64,000 nucleotides of DNA from a virus (IMGVR_UViG_3300020048_000009:128001-192000), one strand, 5' to 3'; positions 27,797-37,745 are shown, counted from the stretch's first letter. Numbers and translations: made by a program. Notes: generated by a model not told the origin, from the letters alone.

Positions 27797-28021
27797 ATGA
27801 ATAAATTATCAAATTATCATTTTGGTGCCGTAAGAAAAGTTCCAAAATGTAATGAAAATAGAATAGTTATAAGTACCTATTATCCATTATGTTTAGGTGA
27901 AGATTATACACATATATATAATCCACCTGATGATTATTTGTGTATGCATCCTACAGATTGGAATATGGTATTTTGTGAGAAATGTTTAGCCCTTAAAAAA
28001 CAACAAGAGGAAGTAAAATGA
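27797..28021 (+). CDS. Hypothetical protein
   Basis: AAGGA SD. Confidence 0.5.
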   Translation: MNKLSNYHFGAVRKVPKCNENRIVISTYYPLCLGEDYTHIYNPPDDYLCMHPTDWNMVFCEKCLALKKQQEEVK

Positions 28022-28230
28022 AATTTAATGATATAAATGTTGGACAAGTTTTTATAACAAATTTATTACCAGTAGATATTGCGAATAAATGCGGGGTAAT
28101 TTGTATAGAAAAACAACAAACACCCAATAAGCTCATTATGAAAAGAATGAATTCAGATGAACAATGGATGATTTTTGCAGATAAGACCACTGATGAATGT
28201 AATATGGGAAATTGGATTAAAAAAGATTAA
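28018..28230 (+). CDS. Hypothetical protein
   Basis: GAGG SD, ATGA overlap. Confidence 0.5.
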   Translation: MKFNDINVGQVFITNLLPVDIANKCGVICIEKQQTPNKLIMKRMNSDEQWMIFADKTTDECNMGNWIKKD

Positions 28231-28330
28231 TATAGCAAAGATGCATTAATTGGTGTATAGATGTTGAAATATTGTATAATGTATTTATACAAATGGATAT
28301 ACCATTTATCATATCAGAGGAATATAAAAA

Positions 28331-29521
28331 ATGAAAACAGTAATTGGAAAGTATAATGAAGCAAAAATTTTTGCAACAACAGTTGAAGCTTCATGTGAAC
28401 AGCAAATTTTAGATTTATGTAATGAGTCTTGGGCGCAGGATTGTAATATCCGTATTATGCCTGATTGCCATTCTGGAAAGGGATGTGTAATCGGTACTAC
28501 TATGACAATCAAAGATAAGATCGTACCCAATTTGGTAGGCGTAGATATTGGCTGCGGTATGCTTACTACTAAGTTCAGAGCATTAAAGCTTGATTTAAAG
28601 CAAGTTGATAGAACAATTAAGCAGGAAATTCCTATGGGTAGAAATATTCATAACGAAGCTCTTGTTGATTTTTCGCCTGAATTGAATAAGCTTTGGGCCG
28701 TTAAAAAGGAAATAGGTTTTGATAAGGTTTCTAGAAGTCTTGGTTCTTTGGGTGGTGGAAATCACTTCATTGAAATCGGAAAAGACGAAGATGATTGTTA
28801 TTATCTAGTTATCCATAGCGGTTCAAGAAACTTTGGTAAGAAGGTAGCTGAATACTATCAGGGTAAAGCTGTTGATTATCATAAACTTCTTACAGGTGAT
28901 GCTAGAAAGGCTTTTATTGAACAATTAAAGTCAGAAGGTCGTCAAGATGAAATTAAAGATGCTTTAATTAAATATAATGAGCAGTATAATACTGATTTGT
29001 GTTATTTAGAGGGCGCATTATTTAATTCATATTTAAACGATATGAAAATTGCTCAGAAGTTTGCTTCTTTAAACAGATATACTATCGCTAATATTTTATG
29101 TAAGGCTTTTCAGGTTGGACCAATAGAACAATTTGAAACAGTTCATAACTATATTGATACTGATAATATGATTCTAAGAAAAGGCGCAATTTCAGCTCAA
29201 AAGGATGAAAAGTGTTTAATCCCTATTAATATGAGAGATGGTTCTTTATTATGTGTCGGTAAGGGTAATGTTGATTTTAACTATTCTGCTCCTCATGGTG
29301 CAGGACGTTTAATGTCACGTACTAAGGCTAGACACGAGTTATCATTAGATGAGTTTAAGGATACAATGTCTAATGTATATTCATCTACTGTTGGAATGTC
29401 AACACTTGATGAAGCGCCTATGGCATATAAGCCAATAGCAGAAATCTTAGAAAATATTAAAGATACTGTTGATGTTATAACACAGATTAAACCTATTTAT
29501 AACGTTAAAGCAGAAGAGTAA
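28331..29521 (+). CDS. rtcB: RtcB RNA 3'-phosphate/5'-OH ligase
   Basis: MPDCHSG, VGVDIGCG, GSLGGGNHFIE, HSGSR, VHNY, SAPHGAGR, DEAPMAYK. Confidence 0.97.
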   Translation: MKTVIGKYNEAKIFATTVEASCEQQILDLCNESWAQDCNIRIMPDCHSGKGCVIGTTMTIKDKIVPNLVGVDIGCGMLTTKFRALKLDLKQVDRTIKQEIPMGRNIHNEALVDFSPELNKLWAVKKEIGFDKVSRSLGSLGGGNHFIEIGKDEDDCYYLVIHSGSRNFGKKVAEYYQGKAVDYHKLLTGDARKAFIEQLKSEGRQDEIKDALIKYNEQYNTDLCYLEGALFNSYLNDMKIAQKFASLNRYTIANILCKAFQVGPIEQFETVHNYIDTDNMILRKGAISAQKDEKCLIPINMRDGSLLCVGKGNVDFNYSAPHGAGRLMSRTKARHELSLDEFKDTMSNVYSSTVGMSTLDEAPMAYKPIAEILENIKDTVDVITQIKPIYNVKAEE

Positions 29522-29525
29522 AATT

Positions 29526-29759
29526 ATGAGAAGAGAATTCATTACAGAAATTTGTTCATGTTTTAAATGCCCTATTTTAGAGAATAGGGAAGAAATTAAA
29601 AGCTGTATTTTGGGTTCTGCTTGGTTTGAATATAAACATTGTTTTTATTTTGGTAATAGTTGTAAAACAGATTTCTCAGAAGAGCAAGATAATAAATTAA
29701 GACTTGAATTAGAGGTCTGGTTTAGAAATTGTCCAAAATGGAAATATATAGGAGAATAA
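29526..29759 (+). CDS. Cys-rich hypothetical protein
   Basis: Operon packing. Confidence 0.5.
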   Translation: MRREFITEICSCFKCPILENREEIKSCILGSAWFEYKHCFYFGNSCKTDFSEEQDNKLRLELEVWFRNCPKWKYIGE

Positions 29760-29762
29760 ATT

Positions 29763-30146
29763 ATGAAAAAATTCTTTAAAAACCTTTTTATTAAAATTGG
29801 TGTTATTAAAAAAATTGATAAAAGTCAAACAATAGAAGAAAGAGAACAGGAATTAGTCAAGAAAGTAAATGATATTCTTCTTGAACCTGAGAGTATTGAT
29901 ACAATGATTCCCCCGTGTAAGAAATGTATTCATTACAAGGGGTATGATTTAAAATCATTACGGCCAGACTGTATTAGACCAACCGGCGATAGAACTATCG
30001 TAAATGATTATGAAAATGGTATTAGTAGTTCTATTATTGATAGAATTCATAGAGAATGTTGTAGAGAAAGAGAAATATCATCTGAAAAATATAGAATTAG
30101 ATGTGGTCCGTGTGCACTTTTCTTTAAAGAAAAGGAAATAAAATAA
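29763..30146 (+). CDS. Cys-rich hypothetical protein
   Basis: CKKCIHY..CGPCALFF. Confidence 0.5.
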   Translation: MKKFFKNLFIKIGVIKKIDKSQTIEEREQELVKKVNDILLEPESIDTMIPPCKKCIHYKGYDLKSLRPDCIRPTGDRTIVNDYENGISSSIIDRIHRECCREREISSEKYRIRCGPCALFFKEKEIK

Positions 30147-30148
30147 TT

Positions 30149-30334
30149 ATGACTAATGTAGAAAAAATGGCTAAAATCTTAAAAGATGAAGGCGTAACAC
30201 ATTTTAATATGTTTTTACCTTCATGTCCAAAGGATGCTTCAGAAGAATATAAAGCTGGTGAATTTTTAAGAATGTATAAAAATATGAACAGTGGTAAAAC
30301 AATTCATGGTGTTGAAGGATTCGATTTTTGGTAA
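30149..30334 (+). CDS. Hypothetical protein
   Basis: AAGGA SD. Confidence 0.45.
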   Translation: MTNVEKMAKILKDEGVTHFNMFLPSCPKDASEEYKAGEFLRMYKNMNSGKTIHGVEGFDFW

Positions 30335-30337
30335 GTT

Positions 30338-30676
30338 ATGAATATTAAAGACTTACCTAAAGATGCATATGCTAGAATAATAAGTACAAGTTTAAGTATT
30401 TATAAGAGAGCAGAATTTGTATATAGAACAGATGAGGATAGTTTGCTTACGCCTGGTACAGGTTTTCCAATATTTACAGGTTTTTTTAAAAAGATACCAG
30501 AAACATATAATGATTTTGAAATAGAAATCATAAGTAAAGAGGAATTTAAGAAGGCTGATGTTTATAATAGACCTAAAAAGCCATTAAAATTACTTGATAG
30601 TCGTATAACATTACAAGAGTGGAATAATTTATCAAAAGAAGAAAGATGGCCAGATTTATATGAAAAAGAATTATAA
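30338..30676 (+). CDS. Hypothetical protein
   Basis: Operon packing. Confidence 0.5.
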   Translation: MNIKDLPKDAYARIISTSLSIYKRAEFVYRTDEDSLLTPGTGFPIFTGFFKKIPETYNDFEIEIISKEEFKKADVYNRPKKPLKLLDSRITLQEWNNLSKEERWPDLYEKEL

Positions 30677-31010
30677 ATATGTAACACCACTAGAAGCATT
30701 TAGACTTGGGTATGAATATGAAACGACATGTGTCTTTTGTAAGAGAAAAGGTTTGACTAATATACATATGCATCATATAGTACCTAGAGCAAAAGGTGGA
30801 AAAGAAGTAGCTCCTACCTGTAGTGATTGTGAAGGATTTATTCATAATACTTGGAGTCATAATGAACTTAGAGATACATATAATACCGTAGAAATTATCA
30901 AAAAAGACGAGAAATATCAAAAGTTTCTTAAATGGCTTTTAAAACAGAAACCTGAAAAGAGTTTTAAAACTATTAGAAATAATAATAGACCAAAAGGAAA
31001 ATATACATGA
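30660..31010 (+). CDS. HNH endonuclease-like protein
   Basis: CVFC..HMHHIVPRAKGG..CSDCEGFIH. Confidence 0.85.
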   Translation: MKKNYKYVTPLEAFRLGYEYETTCVFCKRKGLTNIHMHHIVPRAKGGKEVAPTCSDCEGFIHNTWSHNELRDTYNTVEIIKKDEKYQKFLKWLLKQKPEKSFKTIRNNNRPKGKYT

Positions 31011-31795
31011 AGACAGTTGTTTTAGGTAATGGATATTTAGGTTCAGAATTTAAAGATCAAGGTTTTACTGTCTTAGGAAGAGACGAATTTGAAGTAATAA
31101 AACTTCCCAGGGATCAACATAAATATTTTGATAAAATATTATCTGAATATGATGTTATTATTAATTGTATTGCAACAAGTAATACTAGATTCTGTGAAGA
31201 GTATTTTGAAGAAGCATATTTTACAAATTGTCAAATTCCTGCATATTTAAGCACTTGGTGTAAGAAAAATGGTAAAAAATATGTTCATATTTCTACTGGA
31301 TGTTTATATGATAAGAATAATATCCCACAAAAAGAAACAGATTTTATAGCAGCACATTGTAACTATACTCTTAGTAAATGGATGGGTGAAAAAGCATGCC
31401 AACCTCAAGATTTAATCATACGCCCACGTTTACTTTTTGACTATAAAGATAATCCTAAAAATTTATTATTAAAACTTAAAAAATATAACAGACTTACTAG
31501 AGAATTAGATAGCGCAACTAGTACAAGGACTGTAGTACAGGCTGTTACACATTTACTTAAAGCCGAACAAAGTGGAATATTTAATGTTGCATGCGAAGGT
31601 TATATTAGTATGGCAGAAATAGGAACTTTACTAGGAAAAACGACTATAGAAGAAGTTTCAATAGACGATGTTCGTAAACAACAGAATTTATATATTGTTA
31701 ATACAATAATGGATATATCAAAATTAAAACAATTCTATACTCCTTCTGATATTAAAGAAGAAATTGAAATAATGAATAAAGGTATTAAAACATGA
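31007..31795 (+). CDS. NAD-dependent epimerase/RmlD-like sugar-nucleotide reductase
   Basis: LGNGYLG, INCIA, HISTGCLY, YTLSK (YxxxK), GIFNV. Confidence 0.8.
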   Translation: MKTVVLGNGYLGSEFKDQGFTVLGRDEFEVIKLPRDQHKYFDKILSEYDVIINCIATSNTRFCEEYFEEAYFTNCQIPAYLSTWCKKNGKKYVHISTGCLYDKNNIPQKETDFIAAHCNYTLSKWMGEKACQPQDLIIRPRLLFDYKDNPKNLLLKLKKYNRLTRELDSATSTRTVVQAVTHLLKAEQSGIFNVACEGYISMAEIGTLLGKTTIEEVSIDDVRKQQNLYIVNTIMDISKLKQFYTPSDIKEEIEIMNKGIKT

Positions 31796-31932
31796 AAAAA
31801 ATTATTGTAGTGGGTAGATTTTTGGTTGCAGATACAACTAATAAAAATGGTTCATATTCCAGAATATATGATAAGGAATATGTACATTTTTTAAAAACCT
31901 CGGTTAATAGTAGAGAGAAAAACAAAAAATAA
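31792..31932 (+). CDS. Hypothetical 46-aa protein (not in track)
   Basis: ATGA overlap, fills the gap before 31934. Confidence 0.4.
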   Translation: MKKIIVVGRFLVADTTNKNGSYSRIYDKEYVHFLKTSVNSREKNKK

Positions 31933-31933
31933 T

Positions 31934-32668
31934 ATGAATACACAAGATGCAGAGTATATAAATACGACAATAAAAGAAGAAGGATTTGATTATTGTTTTG
32001 ATGGATATTCTAGTTTTGAAGATATTAAAGATGAACGTTTTCATTCTTTAAGACAAAAATATCTAAATGCTAAAAAAGATCTAAAACAATATATTCAAGT
32101 AAGTTTACCTAATTGTGGTGTTCCAGAAGGAATAGATATTGAAGCTGAATTATGGAAAGCTTTAGGTGAATCTATGAAAGAAGAAGCAAAAAAAGAAGAT
32201 TTAGAATTTTTAGAACAGTTAGAAAAGTTTTATAAAAGAACAACATATAAAGGTGAGATAACAGAATTAAAACCTAATCAAGTGTTTGTGTTCGGTTCCA
32301 ACACACAGGGGCGTCATGGAAAAGGAGCAGCATTATTGGCTAAGGAGAAGTTCGGAGCTATCCAGGGGCATCCTGAAGGCTTCCAGGGTCAATCCTATGC
32401 TATAATAACAAAAGACTTAACCAAAACAGTCCACCCGTCTGTTTCTGAAGAAAAAATAATAGAACAGATACAACGATTATATGAATTTGCTAATGTAAAT
32501 AAAGATCACGAATTTATTGTTGCATATAAGGGAAATTCGTATAATTTAAATGCGTATACATCACAACAAATGGCAGTTATGTTTTCAAAATTTGATATTC
32601 CTGAGAATATTGTTTTTGAAGAAGAATTCGCCAAATTAATAGAAAAACAACAAAAAGAAAAGGTATAA
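31934..32668 (+). CDS. Two-domain protein; C-terminal FVFGSN..GRHG.GAA phage domain (macro-like by recollection)
   Basis: VFVFGSNTQGRHGKGAALLA..G.QGQSYAIIT. Confidence 0.65.
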   Translation: MNTQDAEYINTTIKEEGFDYCFDGYSSFEDIKDERFHSLRQKYLNAKKDLKQYIQVSLPNCGVPEGIDIEAELWKALGESMKEEAKKEDLEFLEQLEKFYKRTTYKGEITELKPNQVFVFGSNTQGRHGKGAALLAKEKFGAIQGHPEGFQGQSYAIITKDLTKTVHPSVSEEKIIEQIQRLYEFANVNKDHEFIVAYKGNSYNLNAYTSQQMAVMFSKFDIPENIVFEEEFAKLIEKQQKEKV

Positions 32669-32669
32669 T

Positions 32670-33758
32670 ATGGATAGTAAATTATTCATTCCAAAGAAAA
32701 TAAAAGTAGGGTTTAATAATAGAAGCGATACCTATACAGGTAAGCTTGGATATGTAATTTATTGGGATGCTAAAGGCGTTCTTCGTAAAGTTAATTCTTG
32801 GGAAGGTTGGAGATCTAAGGAAATTGAACCTCAAGAGTTTAATAATGAACCCATGGAAGGTTTCGTTTTAAATCGTGATGTTGGTGGCGGAAGACGCTCA
32901 TATTATTCATGGGATGCACGTATAGAAAAGGTTAGAGTTTATGATCCTAGAGGATTTGAATTCGAAATTTCTATTCCTAATTTGTTGTTTATTCTACAAG
33001 AATGTACTTCTACTAAAGGTAAAGGCATTGAGGGTGAAATGGTATATTCATGGAATGGTCCAGAATTAGTGCTTTTACCTGTTTCATGTAAAGAGTATAA
33101 GGAATGTCTAAATTATACAGAATATCAGAAATGTAAGTTCAGCGCTAAAAACTTAAAGGTCGGTTTGACATATAGAACTAAGAAAATGGAAGATTATGTT
33201 TATATGGGACAATATGTCTGGACACCTTGCTATGGTTCATCATATGGTAAAAAATGCCATATATTTGGACAATATGAAATAAATCAATATAGTAAGAAAC
33301 CATATACAAATTTTAGAGCTACTACTTCTACAGATTTCTTAGCAGAGCAAGTTGGTGATGCAGTAGATCCTACATTCGCAGACCTATTTACAGCATTAGA
33401 AAAAGAAGATGGATATGCTACATGCACTAGTATTGTAGTAAAAAAACCTGAAAATCGTTATAGCAGCAGAGATAATTATAATAAATGTGGAATTTTCTAT
33501 AAGAATGAATATTATATTGGAAGTCTTTCACATGATTATAAATATCCCAATAAGGATTATAGTAAACAGGGTTCATATAAATATGAAGTCGAATTAAATA
33601 AAAAGGTTTCAATTGTTGATGGGGGTTTAGTAGAAAAAATAATTAAAGAACCCATTAAAATTGAATGTACAGATCTTACAGCAGAAGGTATTACCTGTGG
33701 AGCGCTTATCGCGACAAATTCAAAAAATAAAGAAAATCATATCGTATACGTATACTAA
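32670..33758 (+). CDS. Conserved phage hypothetical protein
   Basis: IPKKIKVGF..GKLGYVIY, RVYDPRGFEFEISIPNLL. Confidence 0.7.
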   Translation: MDSKLFIPKKIKVGFNNRSDTYTGKLGYVIYWDAKGVLRKVNSWEGWRSKEIEPQEFNNEPMEGFVLNRDVGGGRRSYYSWDARIEKVRVYDPRGFEFEISIPNLLFILQECTSTKGKGIEGEMVYSWNGPELVLLPVSCKEYKECLNYTEYQKCKFSAKNLKVGLTYRTKKMEDYVYMGQYVWTPCYGSSYGKKCHIFGQYEINQYSKKPYTNFRATTSTDFLAEQVGDAVDPTFADLFTALEKEDGYATCTSIVVKKPENRYSSRDNYNKCGIFYKNEYYIGSLSHDYKYPNKDYSKQGSYKYEVELNKKVSIVDGGLVEKIIKEPIKIECTDLTAEGITCGALIATNSKNKENHIVYVY

Positions 33759-33771
33759 GGAGAAATAAAAA

Positions 33772-34203
33772 ATGACACAAAATGATATAAAAATTGATGG
33801 ATTATTGCAGAAAATTGCAGATCAAAAGAAAAAGTTAGGGCCAAAACCTAAATCAACTCTTATTACAAACGGTGTTCTACAAACACACACTAAGACATAT
33901 AATATTAATGTGAGTGGAATACAGCAATTAGTAGAAGCTTATGCTGACCTACTAAAGATTAAGCAAGAACATTCATATATGCAAGATGCAATGGATATTC
34001 TTAACGTTAAATCAGTTGGATATGATATTGGTGGTTATTCTATTACGGATTGGATGGAAGATATTAAGAATAAAGTAGCAGCCGTACAATGGAATGAACG
34101 TAAGCGTGAATTAGATAAGACTGAAGAAAAGCTTAATCAAATGGTTTCTGAAGATGTTAAGACATCAAAAGCTCTTTCTGATATTGAAAATCTACTTCAA
34201 TGA
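33772..34203 (+). CDS. Conserved coiled-coil partner of 32670 gene
   Basis: AAGGAG SD; GYSITDWMEDI. Confidence 0.65.
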   Translation: MTQNDIKIDGLLQKIADQKKKLGPKPKSTLITNGVLQTHTKTYNINVSGIQQLVEAYADLLKIKQEHSYMQDAMDILNVKSVGYDIGGYSITDWMEDIKNKVAAVQWNERKRELDKTEEKLNQMVSEDVKTSKALSDIENLLQ

Positions 34204-34442
34204 TAAAAAATCAAATTAATATTAAATATGGAATTATAGTCACAAAAAATGATGAACCCTATCCTAAAAGGGTTCATCATTTTTGTGGTTATGAAGCTCC
34301 ACCTGAAATATCAGATATTCAACATCTAATCTATGAGTTAATGTATGATAAAGAATTTAATTATCCAGATTTATTACTTAATTATACATTAGCATTAGCT
34401 AAACCCGATGTAGTAGAATATTTTAAAAAAGAACTAGAATGA
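34200..34442 (+). CDS. Hypothetical protein
   Basis: ATGA overlap; HFCGYE. Confidence 0.5.
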   Translation: MIKNQINIKYGIIVTKNDEPYPKRVHHFCGYEAPPEISDIQHLIYELMYDKEFNYPDLLLNYTLALAKPDVVEYFKKELE

Positions 34443-34762
34443 ATAAAAAATTAATAGCATATGATATAACCGGATTACAAAAAGAAATATCTATTGGCGA
34501 TGAAGAAGATTTTTCAAATATCCGGTGCCAGAGATGTAATTGTGTATTAGTGATTAAAAGTGGATATTGGCATAATACAGCCGTATGCCCAATATGTAAT
34601 AATCAAAATTCAGAGTTTTATTCAAATGAAGAAGAAATAAAAAAAACATCTGAATATATTAACACTTTAATTAATGACCTATATTATTATAACAATCTAT
34701 TAAAAGTTATTACTGATAAAAATAAAGTTAGAGAAAGAAATAAAAATATTATAATACCATAA
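34439..34762 (+). CDS. Zn-ribbon hypothetical protein
   Basis: CQRC..CPIC. Confidence 0.55.
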   Translation: MNKKLIAYDITGLQKEISIGDEEDFSNIRCQRCNCVLVIKSGYWHNTAVCPICNNQNSEFYSNEEEIKKTSEYINTLINDLYYYNNLLKVITDKNKVRERNKNIIIP

Positions 34763-34799
34763 GGTGTATTAGTTTATTACATTTTAATATAATATTTAT

Positions 34800-35798
34800 A
34801 TGAATGAATTACTAACAAGAGATGATTTTAGAGAATCCGTTTTTAAAAGAGACGGATTCAAATGTCTTTTTTGTGATTGTACTGAAAATTTAGATGCGCA
34901 TCACATTATAGAACGTCGTTTATTCACAGATGGTGGATATTATATTGATAATGGAGCAACCCTTTGTCAAAAACATCACTTAATGGCAGAATCTACTGAA
35001 TTAACTTGTACTGAACTTAGAGAAAAAGCTAATATCAAAACGATAGTTTTGCCTGAAGATTTTTACAGCGATTGTAATTATGATAAATGGGGAAATATTT
35101 ATATTGGCCAATTGCGAACAAAGGGGCCGTTATTTTTTAATGAAAGCGTTCAGAAAATATTAACTGGTAGTTTTACAGATTTTGTAAAATATCCTAGAAC
35201 ATATCATTTGCCCTGGTCAGAGTCTAAAACTGATGATGATAGAACACTGACAAATGTGGATCATTTTCTTAATGAAGAAGTAGTTGTTACAGAAAAAATG
35301 GATGGTGAAAATTCCACTCTTTATAATAATTATTTCCATGCTAGAAGTTTAGATGGAAATAGTCATTGGACACAAAATTGGTTAAAGAATTTTCATGCCT
35401 GTTTTAAATTTGATATTCCGACTGGTTGGCGTATTTGTGGCGAAAATGTATATGCCAAACATAGTATTAAATATGAAAATCTTCCTTCATATTTCTTCTG
35501 TTTCTCTATTTGGACCGATAGAAATCTCTGTTTATCCTGGGATGATACTCTAGATTGGTGTAAATTATATGAAATTGAACATGTTCCAGTTTTATACGAA
35601 GGTATTTTTGATGAAGAAGTTATTAGAAACTTACCTTTAAATAAAGAAAAGCAAGAGGGATATGTTATTCGTAAACGAAAAGCTTTTGCTTATGGTGAAT
35701 TTTCAAAATCTATTGCAAAATTTGTAAGAAAAAATCATGTACAAGATACTGTACATAATTGGAAAAGCAGTAAAATTGAAGTTAATGGTTTAGAATAA
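34800..35798 (+). CDS. HNH nuclease - RNA ligase fusion
   Basis: N-term RDGFKCLFC..DAHHII..TLCQKHH; C-term KYPRTYHLPWS, TEKMDGEN, ICGEN, EGYVIR, AKFVR. Confidence 0.9.
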   Translation: MNELLTRDDFRESVFKRDGFKCLFCDCTENLDAHHIIERRLFTDGGYYIDNGATLCQKHHLMAESTELTCTELREKANIKTIVLPEDFYSDCNYDKWGNIYIGQLRTKGPLFFNESVQKILTGSFTDFVKYPRTYHLPWSESKTDDDRTLTNVDHFLNEEVVVTEKMDGENSTLYNNYFHARSLDGNSHWTQNWLKNFHACFKFDIPTGWRICGENVYAKHSIKYENLPSYFFCFSIWTDRNLCLSWDDTLDWCKLYEIEHVPVLYEGIFDEEVIRNLPLNKEKQEGYVIRKRKAFAYGEFSKSIAKFVRKNHVQDTVHNWKSSKIEVNGLE

Positions 35799-35800
35799 AT

Positions 35801-35968
35801 ATGATTAATTTTAAAAAAATATGGAATATATGGGCAAAAGCGTTAGGCCCAAAAGCTTCTGATAATGATAAAGAAGCCGATTATATTGCTATAATTAGAA
35901 CAGTAATCTTATTGATATATATTATAACAAATATTGTAATTATGGGTGGTGTTTGGAGACATTGGTAA
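35801..35968 (+). CDS. Small membrane protein of T4-like phages (not in track)
   Basis: IWAKALGPKASDNDKEADYIAIIRT..TNIVIMGGVWRHW. Confidence 0.7.
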   Translation: MINFKKIWNIWAKALGPKASDNDKEADYIAIIRTVILLIYIITNIVIMGGVWRHW

Positions 35969-35972
35969 TAAT

Positions 35973-36263
35973 ATGAATGATGAAATAAAAGTTATATTAG
36001 CTGCAGGACTTATTCCTACAGACAGTATTGTTAGAAAAATTACTGGAACATACAAGTATAAAATATCAAGACAAATTAAAATTTATCCTGATAATAATGG
36101 TAAACCAGAAGTAATAGATGCAAAGGATGGTAGTGCTTTCTTGATTTCATGTGAAAACGTTAGATCCGACATCAGCTGTGTTTCTGGAACTTCTGAATTA
36201 GTTTGGTTAACAACTGAAGAAGATTTACATTCATGGTTAGCAGAAAGAATAGATAGGGATTAA
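35973..36263 (+). CDS. Hypothetical protein
   Basis: Start moved to the ATG after the 35801 gene. Confidence 0.55.
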   Translation: MNDEIKVILAAGLIPTDSIVRKITGTYKYKISRQIKIYPDNNGKPEVIDAKDGSAFLISCENVRSDISCVSGTSELVWLTTEEDLHSWLAERIDRD

Positions 36264-36265
36264 AT

Positions 36266-36730
36266 ATGAAAATAATTTTTGTAGATGTAGATGGTGTTTT
36301 GAATTGTAAGAATACTACTGATACTGTCATGGGCGATGATGGTCGTAGATATGATGGCATAGATTCAGATAAAATTCAATTATTAAAAGAAATAATTGAT
36401 AAAACTGATGCTTATATTATTTTATCTTCTACCTGGAGATTATATGATACGTTTACAGAATACCTAGAGGAAAAACTTGGTGACTATAAAGTCAGAATAA
36501 AAGGTATTACTCCAAGATCAAAAGCTTTTACCTATACCTATAGATTTAGAGAAATTCAAAACTGGTTTAATGAAAATGATACTCGGGATATTGTTAATTA
36601 TATTATTTTAGATGATATTGATGAAGAAATGGTTGAAACTTTTGGAGATCATTATTTTAAAACAGATGTTGATATCGGATTAACCAGAGAAATCACAGAT
36701 AAATGTATAGAGTATTTAAATAAGGAATAA
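36266..36730 (+). CDS. HAD-family phosphatase (Swiss-army-knife RNA-repair-like)
   Basis: IFVDVDGVLN, ILSSTWR, YIILDD, GLT. Confidence 0.85.
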   Translation: MKIIFVDVDGVLNCKNTTDTVMGDDGRRYDGIDSDKIQLLKEIIDKTDAYIILSSTWRLYDTFTEYLEEKLGDYKVRIKGITPRSKAFTYTYRFREIQNWFNENDTRDIVNYIILDDIDEEMVETFGDHYFKTDVDIGLTREITDKCIEYLNKE

Positions 36731-36733
36731 AAT

Positions 36734-36919
36734 ATGAATGATATTGTATATTTAATTCATGCACATTATGATGATCGTGAACATATTTGGGATAGGGTTT
36801 CAGAACATGTTGTTTTAAAAGATGCGATCCTTACAAAAAAAAGTCATGAAGAAGATCAAGATTGTAGATGGTGTTCAATTTTCGTTGGAAGAGAGATGAC
36901 AGATAAAGAATTGGAGTAA
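36734..36919 (+). CDS. Hypothetical protein
   Basis: AAGGA SD. Confidence 0.45.
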   Translation: MNDIVYLIHAHYDDREHIWDRVSEHVVLKDAILTKKSHEEDQDCRWCSIFVGREMTDKELE

Positions 36920-36925
36920 AAAATT

Positions 36926-37114
36926 ATGCAAAAAGTATTAGTTTTATCAAAAGATACAGATTTAACTGAAGATTTTAACTTTAACGATCTCGAAACGTTA
37001 TTACTAGATGGATGGAAAGTAATATCTTCAGAAAATATTTTAGATTGGTATTCTTGTTATGCTGGAGCAGCATCGTATACATATAAAATTGTTTATATTT
37101 TAGAGAAAGAATAA
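36926..37114 (+). CDS. Hypothetical protein
   Basis: GGAG SD. Confidence 0.45.
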   Translation: MQKVLVLSKDTDLTEDFNFNDLETLLLDGWKVISSENILDWYSCYAGAASYTYKIVYILEKE

Positions 37115-37117
37115 AAT

Positions 37118-37321
37118 ATGAATTGTCCAATTAATAAACAACAGTATGATAATTTAGTAGAGAGAGAATTGACTCGTAGTCGTAATGCTAGACGTACATT
37201 AAAAGATAGACTACTTGCTTTTCAGATTACATGTCTGCACAAGAATACTAAATATGTTCCAGATGCTTCAGGTAATAATGATTCATATACTGAATGTATT
37301 GAATGTGGTAAGGAATTATAA
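37118..37321 (+). CDS. Zn-finger hypothetical protein
   Basis: CLHKNT..CIECGKEL. Confidence 0.55.
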   Translation: MNCPINKQQYDNLVERELTRSRNARRTLKDRLLAFQITCLHKNTKYVPDASGNNDSYTECIECGKEL

Positions 37322-37334
37322 AAAATTAAATTAT

Positions 37335-37640
37335 ATGAAAAGAATACCTGCTGTACAATGGGGACTATCTAAAAGTCCAATAGAAATGCGGAAATTAAAA
37401 ATTGAAGCGGGTACTTCAATTATTCCAGCAGGCTGTTATTGTTATGATGAAAAAGGTAAATGCCCTTACTTTGATAGTTCAAGTAAATACAATGAACAAA
37501 ATGACGGTTTTTGCTGGTATTTAGAAAAAGGCGACTGGATGACCAGAGAAGAGGGTGGAACATTTTTATTATTTGATCAATGTAAAGAATGTGGAATAAA
37601 TGATAATAATGATGAAATTTATTTAAATAATGATAAATAA
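37335..37640 (+). CDS. Cys-rich hypothetical protein
   Basis: IPAGCYCY..CPYF..LFDQCKECGIN. Confidence 0.55.
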   Translation: MKRIPAVQWGLSKSPIEMRKLKIEAGTSIIPAGCYCYDEKGKCPYFDSSSKYNEQNDGFCWYLEKGDWMTREEGGTFLLFDQCKECGINDNNDEIYLNNDK

Positions 37641-37745
37641 AATATATAAGTATATAATATATTTTTCTAGAAATAATAAAATATATTAAATCTTACATAA
37701 AAATATTAGATTTTCTAAAAATTTAATATAATAAGAAAGATTAAT

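Noticed and set aside
31792-31932. Resemblance of the 46-aa ORF (GRFLVADTTNKNG..RIY) to the T4 gp21 protease N-terminus
   Set aside because: Too short, with no catalytic residues; the similarity cannot be supported by eye.
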